The notes: generated by a model from the sequence alone, not told the origin. A stretch of DNA of 64,000 bases from Octopus sinensis (GCF_006345805.1 NC_042997.1:74090001-74154000); one strand, 5' to 3'; shown: positions 38,987-53,284, counted from the stretch's first letter. Numbers and translations: made by a program.

Positions 38987-39304
38987 ATTTCTTAATTTGG
39001 ATTTGGAAACACTAAAAAGAAGGAACTTTACCTATCAGCGAACTTGTCGCTTCAGATGAACCACTCCAACTAACAGTGTCAACAAATTCAAAATGCGCAG
39101 GCGTAAAATTCTGCACTCCCCATTCCACCCACGTGGTCTATCTAGCAAACATTATATTTTAACCGCGAGGACCGAGGCAGTATGACCGAGAGAAATGAAT
39201 TATAATATCAACAATTGAGGGTAAAATTAATTAATTAATCAATTTCACCAAGTGTTCAGTATGTAAAAGGACCATTTAAGGCGAATTCAAAATATTACAT
39301 TATA

Positions 39305-39687
39305 TCTCTCTATATATAAACGGCAGTTTGTCTGTGTGTGTTTCTGTGTGTCTGTTTGGTTGTACCCTCAACCTGACCACGGCTTTCAACCGATTCTGAT
39401 GAAACTTGACACACACATAGCCCAATGTCATAATTCAAAACTAACGCAGCGAAAATTTTGAAAAGTTCCCCAAGTTCTGAAAAAAATTGATAAATTCGAC
39501 ATGGGGTCGAGAATCAGAAACACAAACCACAGACTGTCTAGGGGACGCAACTCGACCTTTTTAACTCTCAAAAAAAATTTACCATAGTTTTTTTTCCATT
39601 TTTTTCTATTTTTTGACTATAACTCTCTAAAAATGCTTTATAGTTATTTCCCTTACAAATCCGAGCAACGCCGGGCGATACTGCTAG
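39305..39687 (+). mobile_element. Non-autonomous Helitron
   Basis: A|TC start, hairpin plus CTAG|T end. Confidence 0.8.
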
Positions 39688-39891
39688 TAATTATATAATT
39701 AGGGCTTAGTAAAATAAATAACTTATATATTTCTACTAAGTTCAGTATGTGGCAAAGTAATTTATTTTACTAAGCCCTAATTATATAATGTAATATTTTG
39801 AATTCGCCTTAAATGGTCCTTTTACACACTGAACACTTGGTGAAATTGATTAATTAATTAATTTTACCCTCAATTGTTGATATATATATAT

Positions 39892-39942
<51 letters not shown>

Positions 39943-39997
39943 TATATATGTATATATGTGTATATATATATATATATATATTATATACACACACACA

Positions 39998-40110
<113 letters not shown>

Positions 40111-40263
40111 GGGTGTGTATGATTGTGTATAGAAGAATATTTAATAAAAGGAATTCCAACCTTGTCTGATTTCACGTTTTATTTACAATCTTATAATGGT
40201 ATAATATAAGATAATATAATAAAATAAAATAAAATAATAGAATGTTAAACGTTTATTTTGATG

Positions 40264-40308
40264 GAACTAGTACTTTCATGCATTAAATTCTGCAATCTTC
40301 AGGTTCAT
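40264..40308 (-). ncRNA. Minimal type I hammerhead (inverted pLTR copy)
   Basis: Reverse complement of 43745-43790. Confidence 0.75.
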
Positions 40309-41217
40309 GTAGTAGTGGTGACAGTCATGCTTCACAATGTTTGACTATAGCGAAATGATTAAATCTGTGCCTTAAATACAGCTGTGTAGGCTCCGGATTG
40401 CTAGGTTTTGCAAACTGTATTCTGATCAATCAGTGTGTAGTATCACTTAATTACTTAAGCTGATTGGTTTAGGCGTCACGCTTTGTTGAACATGTCAAGA
40501 GTCCTGTATCTTAACCCTGGCCGAGGCAGCAATTGTTGGGCTATTTTTAGAAATGTTGTAAATAGCCTTTGTCAGGGACTTTTATATTTCAATTGTCATC
40601 ATCATCATTGTCAGCACCTTAATTATTGTTGCTAGTGGTGATGGTGGTGGCAATAGAACTTTTAACCCTAAATAAGATAATTTTCCTGCTATCTTCATCT
40701 TGATCACCTTTAGTATTGTTGTTGTTGTTAGTGGTCATGGTCGTAGCAGTAGAAGTAGTACCTCTAAATATTATTATTATTGCTAATTTAGCTTGCGTTC
40801 GAATTTATCAATAAAATTCTTTTCTCTGATTTTCCTCTCGATTTCATTTGGGCTGTGTAATTTGTAGAATGGAAATATTATATATATTTTCCGACCACGT
40901 GTTGCTAGGTGGTTACTCAAAGGTATTTGACGGACCTCTGGGTCTCTAATCTGTTGTCGGTGTACACGTGAGCGTTCTGATAGTGCATTTACCGTCTGAC
41001 CTACATACATTTCTTCACAATTTGGGCATTTGATGCAGTAAATTAAATTTCTGCTTTTGCAGTTCATATTCGCGTTTGTGAATATTTTCCCGGTTTTGTG
41101 TTTATATATTGGCCGGTATGTATGAATTGGCATGTGCCACATCGGCTATCATTGCATTCAGAAAACAGTGAATGTTTGGTCTTTGTTGCTAAGGTCAAAT
41201 TTTGCCTTTGTTAGTAA

Positions 41218-43276
41218 TTGACCAATACATTGATATCCTGTCTAAATTTCCCCTTAGACGCAATACCAATGTTAGGCCAAACATTAACAAGTCAGAGATG
41301 TCTGCATGTAAACGTATACAAAACGATCAAACAATAATAATTAAACAAGCAGATAAACGTGGTGCAATTGTTATTATGGATACCGAATACTATAAGGATT
41401 TGGTTGAGGACCAACTGAAGGACACAACCTTCTATTGTGAAATACCCTCAAATATAGACCACCGCATCATGAAAAAGATCAACAACCTGATCTCAAAACA
41501 CTACAACTCACTTACCGATAATGAAGGAGACTACATCACCAATTTCGAACCAAAACCCAGCAACTTCTACGGCTTACCGAAAATACATAAATCAAAAGAT
41601 ATTCAACAGGCAGTAAAAGAACAAGAAAGTGAGTACATAAAATTACTACATCCAAAAGACCTAAAACTTAGACCTATAATAGCCGGTCCAGCATGCCCTA
41701 CCCACCGTCTAAGCAATTTTATTGACATTGTTTTGAAACCACTATGTACTTACATACCCAGTTTCATCAGGGATGACATCGACTTCCTGTCCCATCTTCA
41801 CAAAACAACAGAAACAAATTCAGTTTTACTAAGTTTTGATGTGGTAAGCCTCTACACCAATATCCCACATGATTTAAGAATAAAGGCGATTAAATACTGG
41901 TTAGAAAAACATAGAGAAGTGATTCCCAGCAGATTCACAGTGCCATTTATATTAGACACAGTCAAACTTATTCTAGAAAACAACACATTCTTCTTCAATG
42001 GAAAGAATTACATCCAAATTAGAGGCACGGCGATGGGAACAAGGTTTGCTCCCGTTTACGCCAACTCTGTAATGGGATACTTAGAACAACAACTCTACTA
42101 AGAGGTGGAGGTAAACTATGGCACTGGATTTATAAAGTATATTGAAAAGGCATGGAAGAGATACCTTGACGACTGCTTCATAATCTGGACAGAATCTCTA
42201 AATATTCTGGAAGAGTTCAATATCCTCCTGAACAACCTACACCCATCTCTCCAATTTACAAAGGAGATGAGTAGTACCAAATTATCATTCCTAGATATAA
42301 TGGTAATTAAAAAAGACACCACCATCACCACAGATATATACTATAAACACACAGACACACATCAATACCTGAATTTTAAGTCGTGCCATCTACCACATAC
42401 AAAACGCAACATCCCATACTGCCTAGCCAGAAGAATTTGTACCATTGTAGAAGATGCAAATATCAGGAACAAACGCCTAACAGAACTAAGAGAATTTTTG
42501 CTCAAACAAAAATACCCATCTCTACTTTGAGCAAAAATTCTCTTAGTTCTGTTAGGCGTTTGTTCCTGATATAACAAAAATACCCATCTCTACTTATAGA
42601 TAATGGTATACAGCGGGCTATAAAAATACCAATACAACAACTTAGGACAACCCAAGGAAGAGGAAAACAAGAACAAGTCATACCATTCATAGTGACACAT
42701 AACCCATGTCACCAGAATATCTTCAACATTGCCAAAGCAAACCTACCAATCATTGCTCAAAGTAATGAATTAAAAGATATAATCACGGATCGAGCTATGG
42801 CTCTTAGTAAAAGACAGCCTAAAAACTTGAAAAATTTACTAACAAAGGCAAAATTTGACCTTAGCAACAAAGACCAAACATTCACTGTATCTAAATGCAA
42901 TGATAGCCGATGTGGCACATGCCAATTCATACATACCGGCCAATATATAAACACAAAAACCGGGAAAATATTCACAAACGCGAATATGAACTGCAAAAGC
43001 AGAAATTTAATTTACTGCATCAAATGCCCAAATTGTGAAGAAATATATGTAGGTCAGACGGTAAATGCACTATCAGAACGCTCACGTGTACACCGACAAC
43101 AGATTAGAGACCCAGAGGTCCGTCAGATACCTTTGAGTAACTACCTAGCAACACGTGGTCGGAAAATATATATAATATTTCCATTCTACAAATTACACAG
43201 CCCAAATGAAATCGAGAGGAAAATCAGAGAAAAGAATTTTATTGATAAATTCGAACCCAAGCTAAATAAGCAATAA
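41218..43276 (+). pseudogene. PLE RT and GIY-YIG, 5'-truncated, one stop and an inversion insertion
   Basis: ADKRGAIVIM, FYGLPKIHK, FDVVSLYTNIP, GTAMGTRFAP, RYLDDCF, KCNDSRCGTC, LIYCIKC...YVGQT. Confidence 0.92.
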
Positions 43277-43744
43277 TAATAATACTTAGAGGTACTACTT
43301 CTACTGCTACGACCATGACCACTAACAACAACAACAATACTAAAGGTGATCAAGATGAAGATAGCAGGAAAATTATCTTATTTAGGGTTAAAAGTTCTAT
43401 TGCCACCACCATCACCACTAGCAACAATAATTAAGGTGCTGACAATGATGATGATGACAATTGAAATATAAAAATCCCTGACAAAGGCTATTTACAACAT
43501 TTCTAAAAATAGCCCAACAATTGCTGCCTCGGCCAGGGTTAAGATACAGGACTCTTGACATGTTCAACAAAGCGTGTCGCCTAAACCAATCAGCTTAAGT
43601 AATTAAGTGATACTACACACTGATTGGTCAGAATACAGTTTGCAAAACCTAGCAATCTGGAGCCTACACAGCTGTATTTAAGGCACAGAATTAATCATTT
43701 CGCTATAGTCAAAAATTGTGAAGCATGACTGTCACCAATACTAT

Positions 43745-43790
43745 ATGAACCTGAAGATTGCAGAATTTAATGCATGAAAGTACTAGTTCA
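43745..43790 (+). ncRNA. Minimal type I hammerhead in the PLE 3' pLTR
   Basis: TGAAC-CTGAAGA-T-TGCA..TGCA-T-GAAAGTACTA-GTTCA; palindromic AGTACT stem III. Confidence 0.8.
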
Positions 43791-44217
43791 ATCAGAATAA
43801 ACATTTAACATTCTATTATTTTATTTTATTTTATTATATTATATTATCTTATATTATATCATTATAAGATTGTAAATAAAACGTGGAAATCAGACAAGGT
43901 TGGAATTCCTTTTATTAATATATATATATGTAGTGGATGTGTGTGTGCGTAAATAAATACATAAACTGTTTCATGATTAAAAAGGGATTTATTTACATGG
44001 GTTATAAGTACACTACATAAAAGTGTAAGCAAATGCTACGCATTGCTTGTATAGAACACATATTAAAGATGAATATGTTTGTGTGTGTGGGTGTGTGCGT
44101 GAATCATTCGAAACAGTAGCCTGTAGGCATTTCTCTGTCGTCTTCAAAACGCGGGGTGTCTGCTGGTGTGTCAGCTCCGATTGTGTTTCTTTCTCTCTTT
44201 TTCCCTTATATTTATAA

Positions 44218-45387
44218 CTAGTTGAAGGTGACCCGCTCTACGCGCAGTTAAGAGTGTGGTTGTTACTTTCTGTTGCTTCCTTTCAGCACGTAAAAAGCAC
44301 CATCCGAACGTGGCCGATTGCAGCGCCGCCTTGACTTGCTTCTGTGCCGGTGGCACGTAAAAAGCACCAACCGATCGTTGCCGCTGCGAGCCTCCCTGGC
44401 ACCTGTGCCGGCGGCACGAAAAAAGCACCCACTACACTCACAGTGGTTGGCGTTAGGAAGGTCATCCACCTGTAGAAACACTGCCAGATCAGACTGGAGC
44501 CTGGTGCAGCCTCCTGGCTTCCCAGACCCCGGTCAAACTGTCCAACCCGTGCTAGCACGGAAAACGGACGTTAAATAATGATGATTCTCCGTCTTTGTTT
44601 CTCTCTCCTTTCTCTCTCACTTTCCCACTCTCTTACTTTTCTTTTCTCTCGGACTCTCCCTCGCTTTCTCTTACTCTCTATCTTTATCTATCTCTCTCCC
44701 ATTTATAAACAACAGAAGATCTTGAATAAGTTGAGAAATAAAATATTTAGAAAGATCAATCATAAATATCAGGCAGTGGCAACGGAAAGGTCTGCTTCAA
44801 GGCAGACAGCAAAACGCTAACATTTAAAAGGGACAGACGAACTTGCGAGCTGAATAAAAATAATAAAATATTGGAAACCAAAGTTTGAAGGGATAGAATC
44901 TGAGGAGAGTAGAGTCACCATGGCTGGCATTTCTTAACGACGGACAATAACGTATTGACAGTTTAACGGCTGGCGTAAAATTTTGAACTTGATGTAAAAG
45001 AAAATTCGTAAACACCAAGTTTTGAAGTGATTCTTTCTCACGACAGTAGACTTACCATTCAAAACTTCTTTATCATGGACGGCAACACATTGACGATTAA
45101 AAGGCTGGCGCAAATTTTTTAGCTTGATGTAACAGAGAATTCCTAAACACCCGCTCCTTGAAATTTTAATCCCCTTCCAGCCCCATTTAGACCCCTTTTC
45201 ACATTTTGGTTAATATAACCCGATTTCATTCGGGTCTACTGGGGCCACATTTTATAAGATGAGGAATTTTGTCCTAGAGGTGACGCCTTTCATTTGAGGA
45301 AAAAAATAGTTGTCATGCAAACTTGCCAGCACTTTTAACATAGGTGTGCATATTTTCAGCTGAATCGACCGACTACGTAATGCACAC

Positions 45388-45472
<85 letters not shown>

Positions 45473-46263
45473 GTGTGTGTGTGCACGCATTATATATACA
45501 AATGTATACAAATGAGATATATATCTGTATAATTAAATTAGAGAGAAAACCACTAATAGGCAAATCAAACAGTGAAAAACCAAAAACAAAAACATTAAAA
45601 AATATAATATAGAAAATATATAAAATATAAAATTGAAAAATTTAAATTATTTAAATTGAAAATAAAAATTATTAAATTATATTTATAATTTGTTTAAAAA
45701 TATATATAACTATGAAAAAGTATGAAAAGGTTTAATATACATAAATACAGATATATACACTTTGTATATATACATTATATATACATATTTATATATAGAA
45801 CCTCACACACACACATACATTATATATACATATTTATATATAGAACACACACACACACACACATATAAATGAACGCAAGAATATTTGATTCATGATATTT
45901 GTTCTCATGCTCGTGTGTTGTTGGTGACAGACAGATACTTAAAAGAACGCCGCCGAAGGTAGGAAATAGAGTCAGTGAAAAAGAGAGGAAATAGCGAGAG
46001 TGACAGATACTTTACACAACGGTAGTGGACTTATCAAAGTTATAATTGAAGGGGAGTAAGAGAGGGAAAGGAGGAAATAGCGTGAGTGAGGAAGATGGCC
46101 CCTAGAAACCACACCTTTTAAGATAGGGATTTCTAAGGTAGCCCACGAGCATCGTTACCTCATTCTACATGTCCCTGTAAATTTTGGAGCGAATCGGACG
46201 GGACGTAGTGGCATTGAAAGCGATCCAAGCGGTAAAAACTCATTTCAGTTTTATATAGAGAGA
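44218..46263 (-). mobile_element. Probable non-autonomous Helitron with nested insertions
   Basis: Minus strand starts TCTCTCTATATAAAAC and ends GCGCGTAGAGCGGG...ACTAG|T. Confidence 0.55.
44285..44586 (+). mobile_element. SINE 3' portion with RTE-like tail
   Basis: Repeated GCACGTAAAAAGCACC units, GGCGTTAGGAAGG, ending CGGACGTTAAATAATGATGAT. Confidence 0.7.
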
Positions 46264-46333
46264 TATTTCAAACAGCTAGAAAGATAGACATACTGCAACC
46301 GAATTACTACTTAAGTAGGTCAGCGCTTGTCCA

Positions 46334-47617
46334 GTTGAACTTCGCCTGACGTGGCTGAGGTCGCAGATCAAAGGGAGATGATCAATCACTTTTTGACAGA
46401 ACAAAGGATCTTTAAATTTCGCGCCTATACATGCATTGGTTTTTGACGACCGATGATTCTTGGATTCGATTTCGAATCTAAGCTTAGAGAAGGAAGTGCT
46501 AACTCTTACACTACCCCCTTCTAGTGAGAAAGCCACAGAGATCGAACGATATTGGAAATGTTATTTTTTGTGTGTATGCATAAAAAATTTACACATTGTA
46601 ACAGACAAATGAACAATAAAAATATGAATCAAAGGTTTACTGTTTGTATGTGCTATATGGTGGGCAATATGTATTTGTGCCCAGGCAGAAATATGTTGGC
46701 GCGTTGAAAGAGATGTGCGTCTATTGATTACTCGACCTACTAGAGGTCTAATAGAGGCAAGGTGTCTTTCAGTGGCGAAAAAGATCGAATGGTAGCGCAC
46801 ATGAGAATATGACTTGTAAATGTGTGTGAACATACAGTTAGCAAAAATATATTTACAAGAAGGCAAAACATTTCACAATCGAACTTTGCCGATGAACATT
46901 TCTTTCATTTTTACATGTACATATTTTTTGTTTTCTCTTTAAAATGTTTTGCCTTCTTGTAAATATATTTTTGCTAACTGTATGTTCACACACATTTACA
47001 AGTCATATTCTCATGTGTGCTACCACTCGATCTTTTTCGCCACAGAAAGACACCTTGCCTCTATTAGACCTCTAGTGGGTCGAGTAATCAATAGACGCAC
47101 ATCTCTTTCAATGCGCCAACATATTTCTGCCTGGGCACAAATACATATTGCCCACCATATAGCACATACAAACAGTAAACCTTTGATTCATATTTTTATT
47201 GTTCATTTGTCTGTTACAATGTGTAAATTTTTTTCTGCATACCCTCAAAAAATAACATTTCCAATATCGTTCGATCTCTGTGGCTTTCTCACTAGAAGTG
47301 GGGTAGTGTAAGAGTTAGCACTTCCTTCTCTAAGCTTAGATTCGAAATCGAATCCAAGAATCATCGGTCGTCAAAAACCAATGCATGTATAGGCGCGAAA
47401 TTTAAAGATCCTTTGTTCTGTCAAAAAGTGATTGATCATCTCTCTTTGACCTGCGACCTCAGCTATGTCAGGCGAAGTTCAAAGGGAGATGATCAATCAC
47501 TTTTTGACAGAACAAAGGATCTTTAAATTTCGCGCCTATACATGCATTGGTTTTTGACGACCGATGATACTTGGATTCGATTTCGAATCTAAGCTCAGAG
47601 AAGGAAGTGCTAACTCT

Positions 47618-47621
<4 letters not shown>
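46334..47621. repeat. Fold-back element: ~540-bp inverted arms (46334-46873, 46942-47482) plus a third partial copy (47481-47621)
   Basis: Mirror ORFs 46561..46866(-) and 46949..47311(+) are nearly identical. Confidence 0.9.
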
Positions 47622-47649
<28 letters not shown>

Positions 47650-47652
<3 letters not shown>

Positions 47653-48350
47653 GGAGTTAAACGTAGGCGTTATTCAAGTTCTTCGACACATATTTCGAAG
47701 ATATCACACTAGAAAATCTATCATAAAGTTTGACAATAAGTTGTGGGTCCGTAAAGACAAACCAGATAGTTTTTATGTTACAATGGGAAGTTCTGATTCG
47801 GCACAAGTAGCTCATTTAGTCTGTATGTATATACTCTTTGAAATGGCAGAACAGTTCCCAAACATTAATGGAGGTCTATATCGTGATGATTGTTTACTTT
47901 ACTTTCAAAATGTTTCCGACCAAAAAGTATAAAAATTTTAAGAATAGTTTAGTTAAGTTTTTTCCACAGAATGGGCTTAAGCATAGTTTTTGATGATCAA
48001 GTAAAGGCCAACTTTTTAGATATTACATTTAACTTACACAATAATTCGTGCTTCCCATACCATAAACCATCGACCAATCTTAAGCAAATTCAGTAATTAT
48101 TCTAGGGTAATTACTAAGAACTTAATTAAGAATTTCATTTAGATTGTCTAAGTTATCTGCTAATGTTGACATTTTCAATGATAAGGCTAAATTTTATAAC
48201 TCTGCCTTACTGAAAGCAGGTTATACAGAGAAAGTTACCTACATTAATTCCAGTCAATCTTATTCTACCTTTACTAATGGAGATATGAAATCTAGTTGTA
48301 AGGATATAAATGACATCAATTTTAATTTATACGCCAACACCAAACCTTCA
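47650..48350 (+). mobile_element. Naiad/Chlamys-type PLE RT fragment
   Basis: LWVRKD..SFYVTMGSSDSAQVAHLVCMYIL...GLYRDDCL; NFLDITFNL; FNDKAKFYNSALLKAGY. Confidence 0.8.
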
Positions 48351-48351
48351 T

Positions 48352-50120
48352 GTATAGGCGGTCAGTGTCTGCGCGTGAATGATTGGGTTCCATGCATTGT
48401 TTGGAAATTTCTTGACTTCCTGTCCATCTCCTTTAGCTCCTCCTCTTTCAACTGCAGGATTCCAGTGCCATGTCGAACTACTGCGACTGCGAGTTTATTG
48501 CCGAGATTATGTTTCTGATATTCAGCTTTGAAGGCAATATTTTTCTCACTCGCTGCAGGTTCTCTCTTTTTGTCTTTTCCTTCATGTCGTAGTTTTTGAT
48601 TCCATCTGCCTCAAGTTCTCCCAAGTATTTATGGCTGGATTGAGGTTGACTTGCCTTCATCATTTCACCACTTGGCAACCATATGCCTTCTATCTTGGCA
48701 AGCTTTCCTCGTCTCCTCATCATCGTAGCACATTTTGAGAGACCAAATTCCATATTAATGTCATTGGAGAAAATCCGCACAGACTGTCCTAGGCTGTCCA
48801 GTTCTGCCTCAATTTTTGTGAATATCTTCAGCTCGACCATGAATAGCAAGTGGTTTAGTTTTTCCATACCATACCCCAACTTTGCTTTGTGTAGTATTTC
48901 ATTCAAGAGGATCATTCCCAGCAGGAGTATCAGTGGGGACACACTAGCTCCCTGAAAGATTCCTCTCTTGATTTTCAGTTCTCTTAGTACTTGCTTCCCG
49001 GCTGTCAATACTATTGTCCAGCATTTCATGCTATATCATTTAAGGTTTCTCATATTTTCCGCAACCCCATACATTTCTATTGTTCTTATTATCCAGGAAT
49101 GTGGTATCATATCATGTAGTGTGCTTTGTGATAGTCAACCCATGTCATGCTCAGGTTTGTATGTTTTCTCTTGCAGTTCCTGATTATCAAGTAAGAGCTG
49201 ATTCTTCGTTTCCCAGCTCCTTTTTCGGCACTTTTCTGATTTGCTTCAAACAATCTGTTTTGCCTGAGCTGTCTTTTTCTATTGTTATATCTTTACAGTT
49301 TTGCTTTGATTGCTACTACTCTTTGCTTCAATCCTTCAAATATCTCTTATTCTATATGTTCGTTTCAGTGTTATTCGTATGCTTTCGTTCTGCAATTCTC
49401 CTCTTTTCAATCTATCAACTTGTCCTAAATGTTTGTTTAACCTTGTTTCTTACAAATTCGTCCACGCCAGTATGGTTCTTTACCTTCTGTTTGTTCTTTT
49501 CTTTTGTATCCAACTCTGTCTGTTGTAACCATAGTTGCAGCCCAAATAATTTTGTTAGTTTCAGTTATATTTCTCCTCTAGAATAGCCCAAAAACCGATT
49601 CTATCTTTTCGGTTTCAACTTTAAGCTTGCATTGATCAATGTACCTCAGATTGCGTGGTGTTTGATCCTGGTCTTCTCTACAGCGTCCTCACTATGTCTT
49701 GTTGGTCATCATCGTATTCTTGTGATATAGTTCTTCCTATTGCTTCAGCTTCATTTGCTGAGAATGCATTTACATTTACACTTTGCTCTACTTCTTCACT
49801 GCCTCCTTTCATTTTTCTGTTCTCACTTCTCTTATTGCTCTTACCTGGTCGGCTAACCTTTGTTCACTTGTTTCGAAGAGTCCTATCTAATTCCATTTTG
49901 CTTCCATTCATTGTCGGAATTCCTTTCTGCTGGGTCCACTCCTGATCCATCATTCAATTACCGTTCGGTTTGCCTCTTTATAATATCTTCTTCTCAGCCT
50001 TTAGCTTTGTGTACAAGCAGTCTCTGGATGACGACCGGACCTGCGCTGCTCAACCACAGGCCACCTGCCTGGCGAAAGGCTTTTACCTTTGGTTCCAGCC
50101 TCATTAACACCATTGTTTGA
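48352..50120 (-). mobile_element. Degraded R4/Dong LINE (N-terminal and RT)
   Basis: RGIFQGASVSP, NHLLFMVELK, MEFGLSKCA, HKYLG. Confidence 0.8.
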
Positions 50121-51259
50121 TACATTTGTATTATACAGTTTCACTCAACATTGAGGTATGTGTTTTAAGGTTAGCCACCAACCGGTATTTTTATCGAGAC
50201 ACCATCTCTAGTAAAATTGTCAACTAAGACTGCAGAACTCTTACTACACATATGTTGGGCCTGTTCCCTTCGCATTTCTGTATGTTGGAGACCATGATCG
50301 TGATTCTTGCAAGGAGACAGGTGAGCGTCGGTTGGTTCCGCATCTTCATTCAAATATTGCACTGGAGTTGAGTCCCGATTCGCGGTTCATTCATCTTCAT
50401 CCCAGGTATGGAGCCGTTGAACACTGACAAGCTGTCACCACTAAGGAGTCCAGTCTACCTCAGATTTAAACTTAAATCCAAGACAGACTGCCAACCAAGG
50501 CTCACGAGTTCTGTCTACCCGTTTTCGGAATGGCCATTGGCTTTTCAGAGTTCCTGGTTTTATTTTTAACCCTGCAACGTGTCGAAAATCCACCGGCCTC
50601 ACCAAGCAAGTTTAGTGAGGTTACCAGTTTAGATACCGACTACACGACGGCCTCACAACGCCACTTGTTAATCATTCTGGGTAATAATTTACTTGTTCAC
50701 TATTATAATTTCACTATTACTAATATAATCCCTATCTTATTATTTACTTGTTCACTACTATAGTTTCACTATTATTACTCAACTTATATTATTACTATAA
50801 GGCCGAAAGGTCTTAATATTATCTTCCCTGATTTCTTTAGACAACAAATAATGGCAGATTTACGGCTGTTGGTTTAGCTACTGCTGATGCTGCGGCGTTA
50901 AATAGAGGAGCAGCCTTGTTATGTCTATTAATACAGGTTGCTAGATTGGACTTCTAGTTGACATGACTGGCAGTGGGTTGGGCACGAGGGGGAGAGGATT
51001 TTTGAGAAGAGCGTCGACATGTTGGAACTGGCAAAGATAAGATATAGAAATTTATAAACAACACCTCCAAGTTTAAAAAAAAAACTATAGTAGTCTATCT
51101 ATAAAACACCACATCGTATTTACGATAAAGGAATCTGTCTATGGAAAATCACATCGTAGTTAAGATATAGAAATCTATAAACATCTCAGAGTTTTAGCAA
51201 ACATAGAAAGTAATAGAAAAGGCTTACATATTATTGTTGTTGTTACTTACTTTTAATCT

Positions 51260-53226
51260 GCATGTTTGCTACAGTCACGTGCCAAGACACACCTAGCGTC
51301 CTAGGGCGAGTGAAGGATAAGAGATGTTACAGTATGACTGAAATCTCGGGGAGGGGAAGTGGCAGGGGCAGTAATGAAATATCGTCATGTAATACAACAC
51401 TAACATTTAAAATGATAGGGTTTTCTAAGGATGTGGGCAGTACTTGTCAGCACATTCATTTGGATTTCTCTGACACATGATTCTCCTGAGATGTTATCTA
51501 GATGTTTCTGATATCTCTTTTTTATCATACCTATGGTACCAACAATAACAGGAACGGTTCTCGCTTTAAGATGCCACATCTTTTTTTTTTCAGTTTCCAG
51601 GTCCTTATGTTTATTTAATTTGTCAAATTCCTTTACAGATATATTTTTATCAAGTACACTTACATCTATTAGTCTACAACAATTTTCTTCCTTGTCTTTA
51701 ATGACTGTGTCTGGTCGATTAACCTGGATCGTCCTGTCGGTATTGACTGGGAAATCTCAGAGGATAGTGACATTCTTACCTTCAACGACTGGCTCGGGAT
51801 GATGTTCATACCAGTAAACAGGAGTGCCGATTTTGTAGTGTTAACATATTTTCCAATATAAGCACAGTCCTACCCTATTGTGGCGATTTTTGTATTCGTT
51901 TGGTGTTAGCACAGGACATCCCGAGACGAGATGGTCTATTGTTTTGTCTAATGTGTCGCAGAATATGCATTTAGGGTGAGAATTGTTTTGAAGAACATTA
52001 GCCTTGTAGCTTTTGGTAAACAAACTTTGATCTTGTGCCGCCAATATGAAACCTTCAGTCTCAGCTTTCAGTTCTGAACTTCTCAGTCACTGATATGTTG
52101 TTGCTTGGTCTACATCAGCATTTCGAATTCGAAGTATATACTGTCCATGCAGGGGCTTCTGGCTCCACCACTCCTCAGTTTGTTTCTTGCCGTTCGTTTT
52201 ACAGTCTGCTTGAACCGTTTTGCCTGTTCGATGGCAGTGGTTTCAAGTTCTTCATCTAATTCAGAGTTAATGCCAAGTTCCCTTACGAATTTGCATAATT
52301 CCTTGACAACAGAATGCAATTTTTGCTGCTTTCGCGTTTGCACACATGCCGCAGCATCCAGTCCACTATACTAGAAAAGTACCTGTTCATTGCTATTGTG
52401 GAGATCTTATAGCACAGTTCTACTGGCATCATTCTCTTCCCGCATTACTTTTAGGTATGTACAGACGATCAACGCCTGGTTTTGGGTGGTGCATGTTCTT
52501 AGATGTTAGTAGTTTTCTTTTCTTCTTGTCCAGGTGTTGGAGCTCTGTAAGATTCCAGTTAATGATGTTAAAACTGTATTGGACTACTGGAAGCGCCAGG
52601 ATGTTAATGGCTTCGTTTCGACTTTTGGAGTTGAGTTCATTTTTTAGTATGGGTCTTATTTTCCTGTAGTACTCTTTTTCTTATTTTTTCCTTCATAGTA
52701 GCATGTCGTTTATCCCCAGGTATTTATAACTTTCTTGTGGGTCAAGATCCTTGATAGTAGTGTCGGTATTTAATTTAATGGAAGTTGTTTGTCTGAGCTT
52801 ACCTCTTACAAAAGTTGCTTTAGCACATTAATCGAGGCCGAAATCCATTCTGATGTAATTGTTCCGAACTCTTTAACAGTTGTTAGCAAACTTACTAGCT
52901 TTTCGTCATTTCTAGCAAACAGCTTTAGTTCGTCCAAATAAAATAGATGGTTTATTGTAGCATTATAAACATTCAACCCATACCTGGTGGTATTCAGTTC
53001 GTTTGAGAGCGGGATCAGTGCCATGCAAAAGAATAATGAGGAGAGAGAGTTACCTTGAAAGATGCCTCGCTTGATGTTGCTGGCTCATCCCATTACTGTG
53101 GTTTAGATGTGTTTCACTTGGCCATGCTTCCTTGTAAGAATCTGGAGACGATAGGAGAGATCTTACATATTTCAAGGGCATTGAGTTATGTGGAACACTA
53201 TCAAACACTTTCCTGTAGTCTATCCA

Positions 53227-53227
<1 letters not shown>
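51260..53227 (-). mobile_element. Degraded 5'-truncated R4/Dong LINE
   Basis: NHLFYLDELK, AAQDQ...CIFC...HLVSGC...RHNRVG, REL region. Confidence 0.85.

Positions 53228-53284
<57 letters not shown>

Larger units (their letters stand above)
38735..39882 (-). mobile_element. Non-coding PLE pseudo-LTR array (partial tandem plus inverted copy) interrupted by a Helitron
   Basis: TAATTAGGGCTTAGTAAAATAAAT at 38741 and ~39697; 39728-39882 is the inverse of 39206-39303 plus 38735-38795; contains a hammerhead. Confidence 0.7.

Noticed and set aside
44285-44430. CRISPR-like repeats GCACGTAAAAAGCACC with spacers
   Set aside because: Three internal subrepeats of a eukaryotic SINE, spacers related to each other, no cas genes
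46561-47311. Pair of near-identical divergent ORFs
   Set aside because: Consequence of the palindrome; no protein motif
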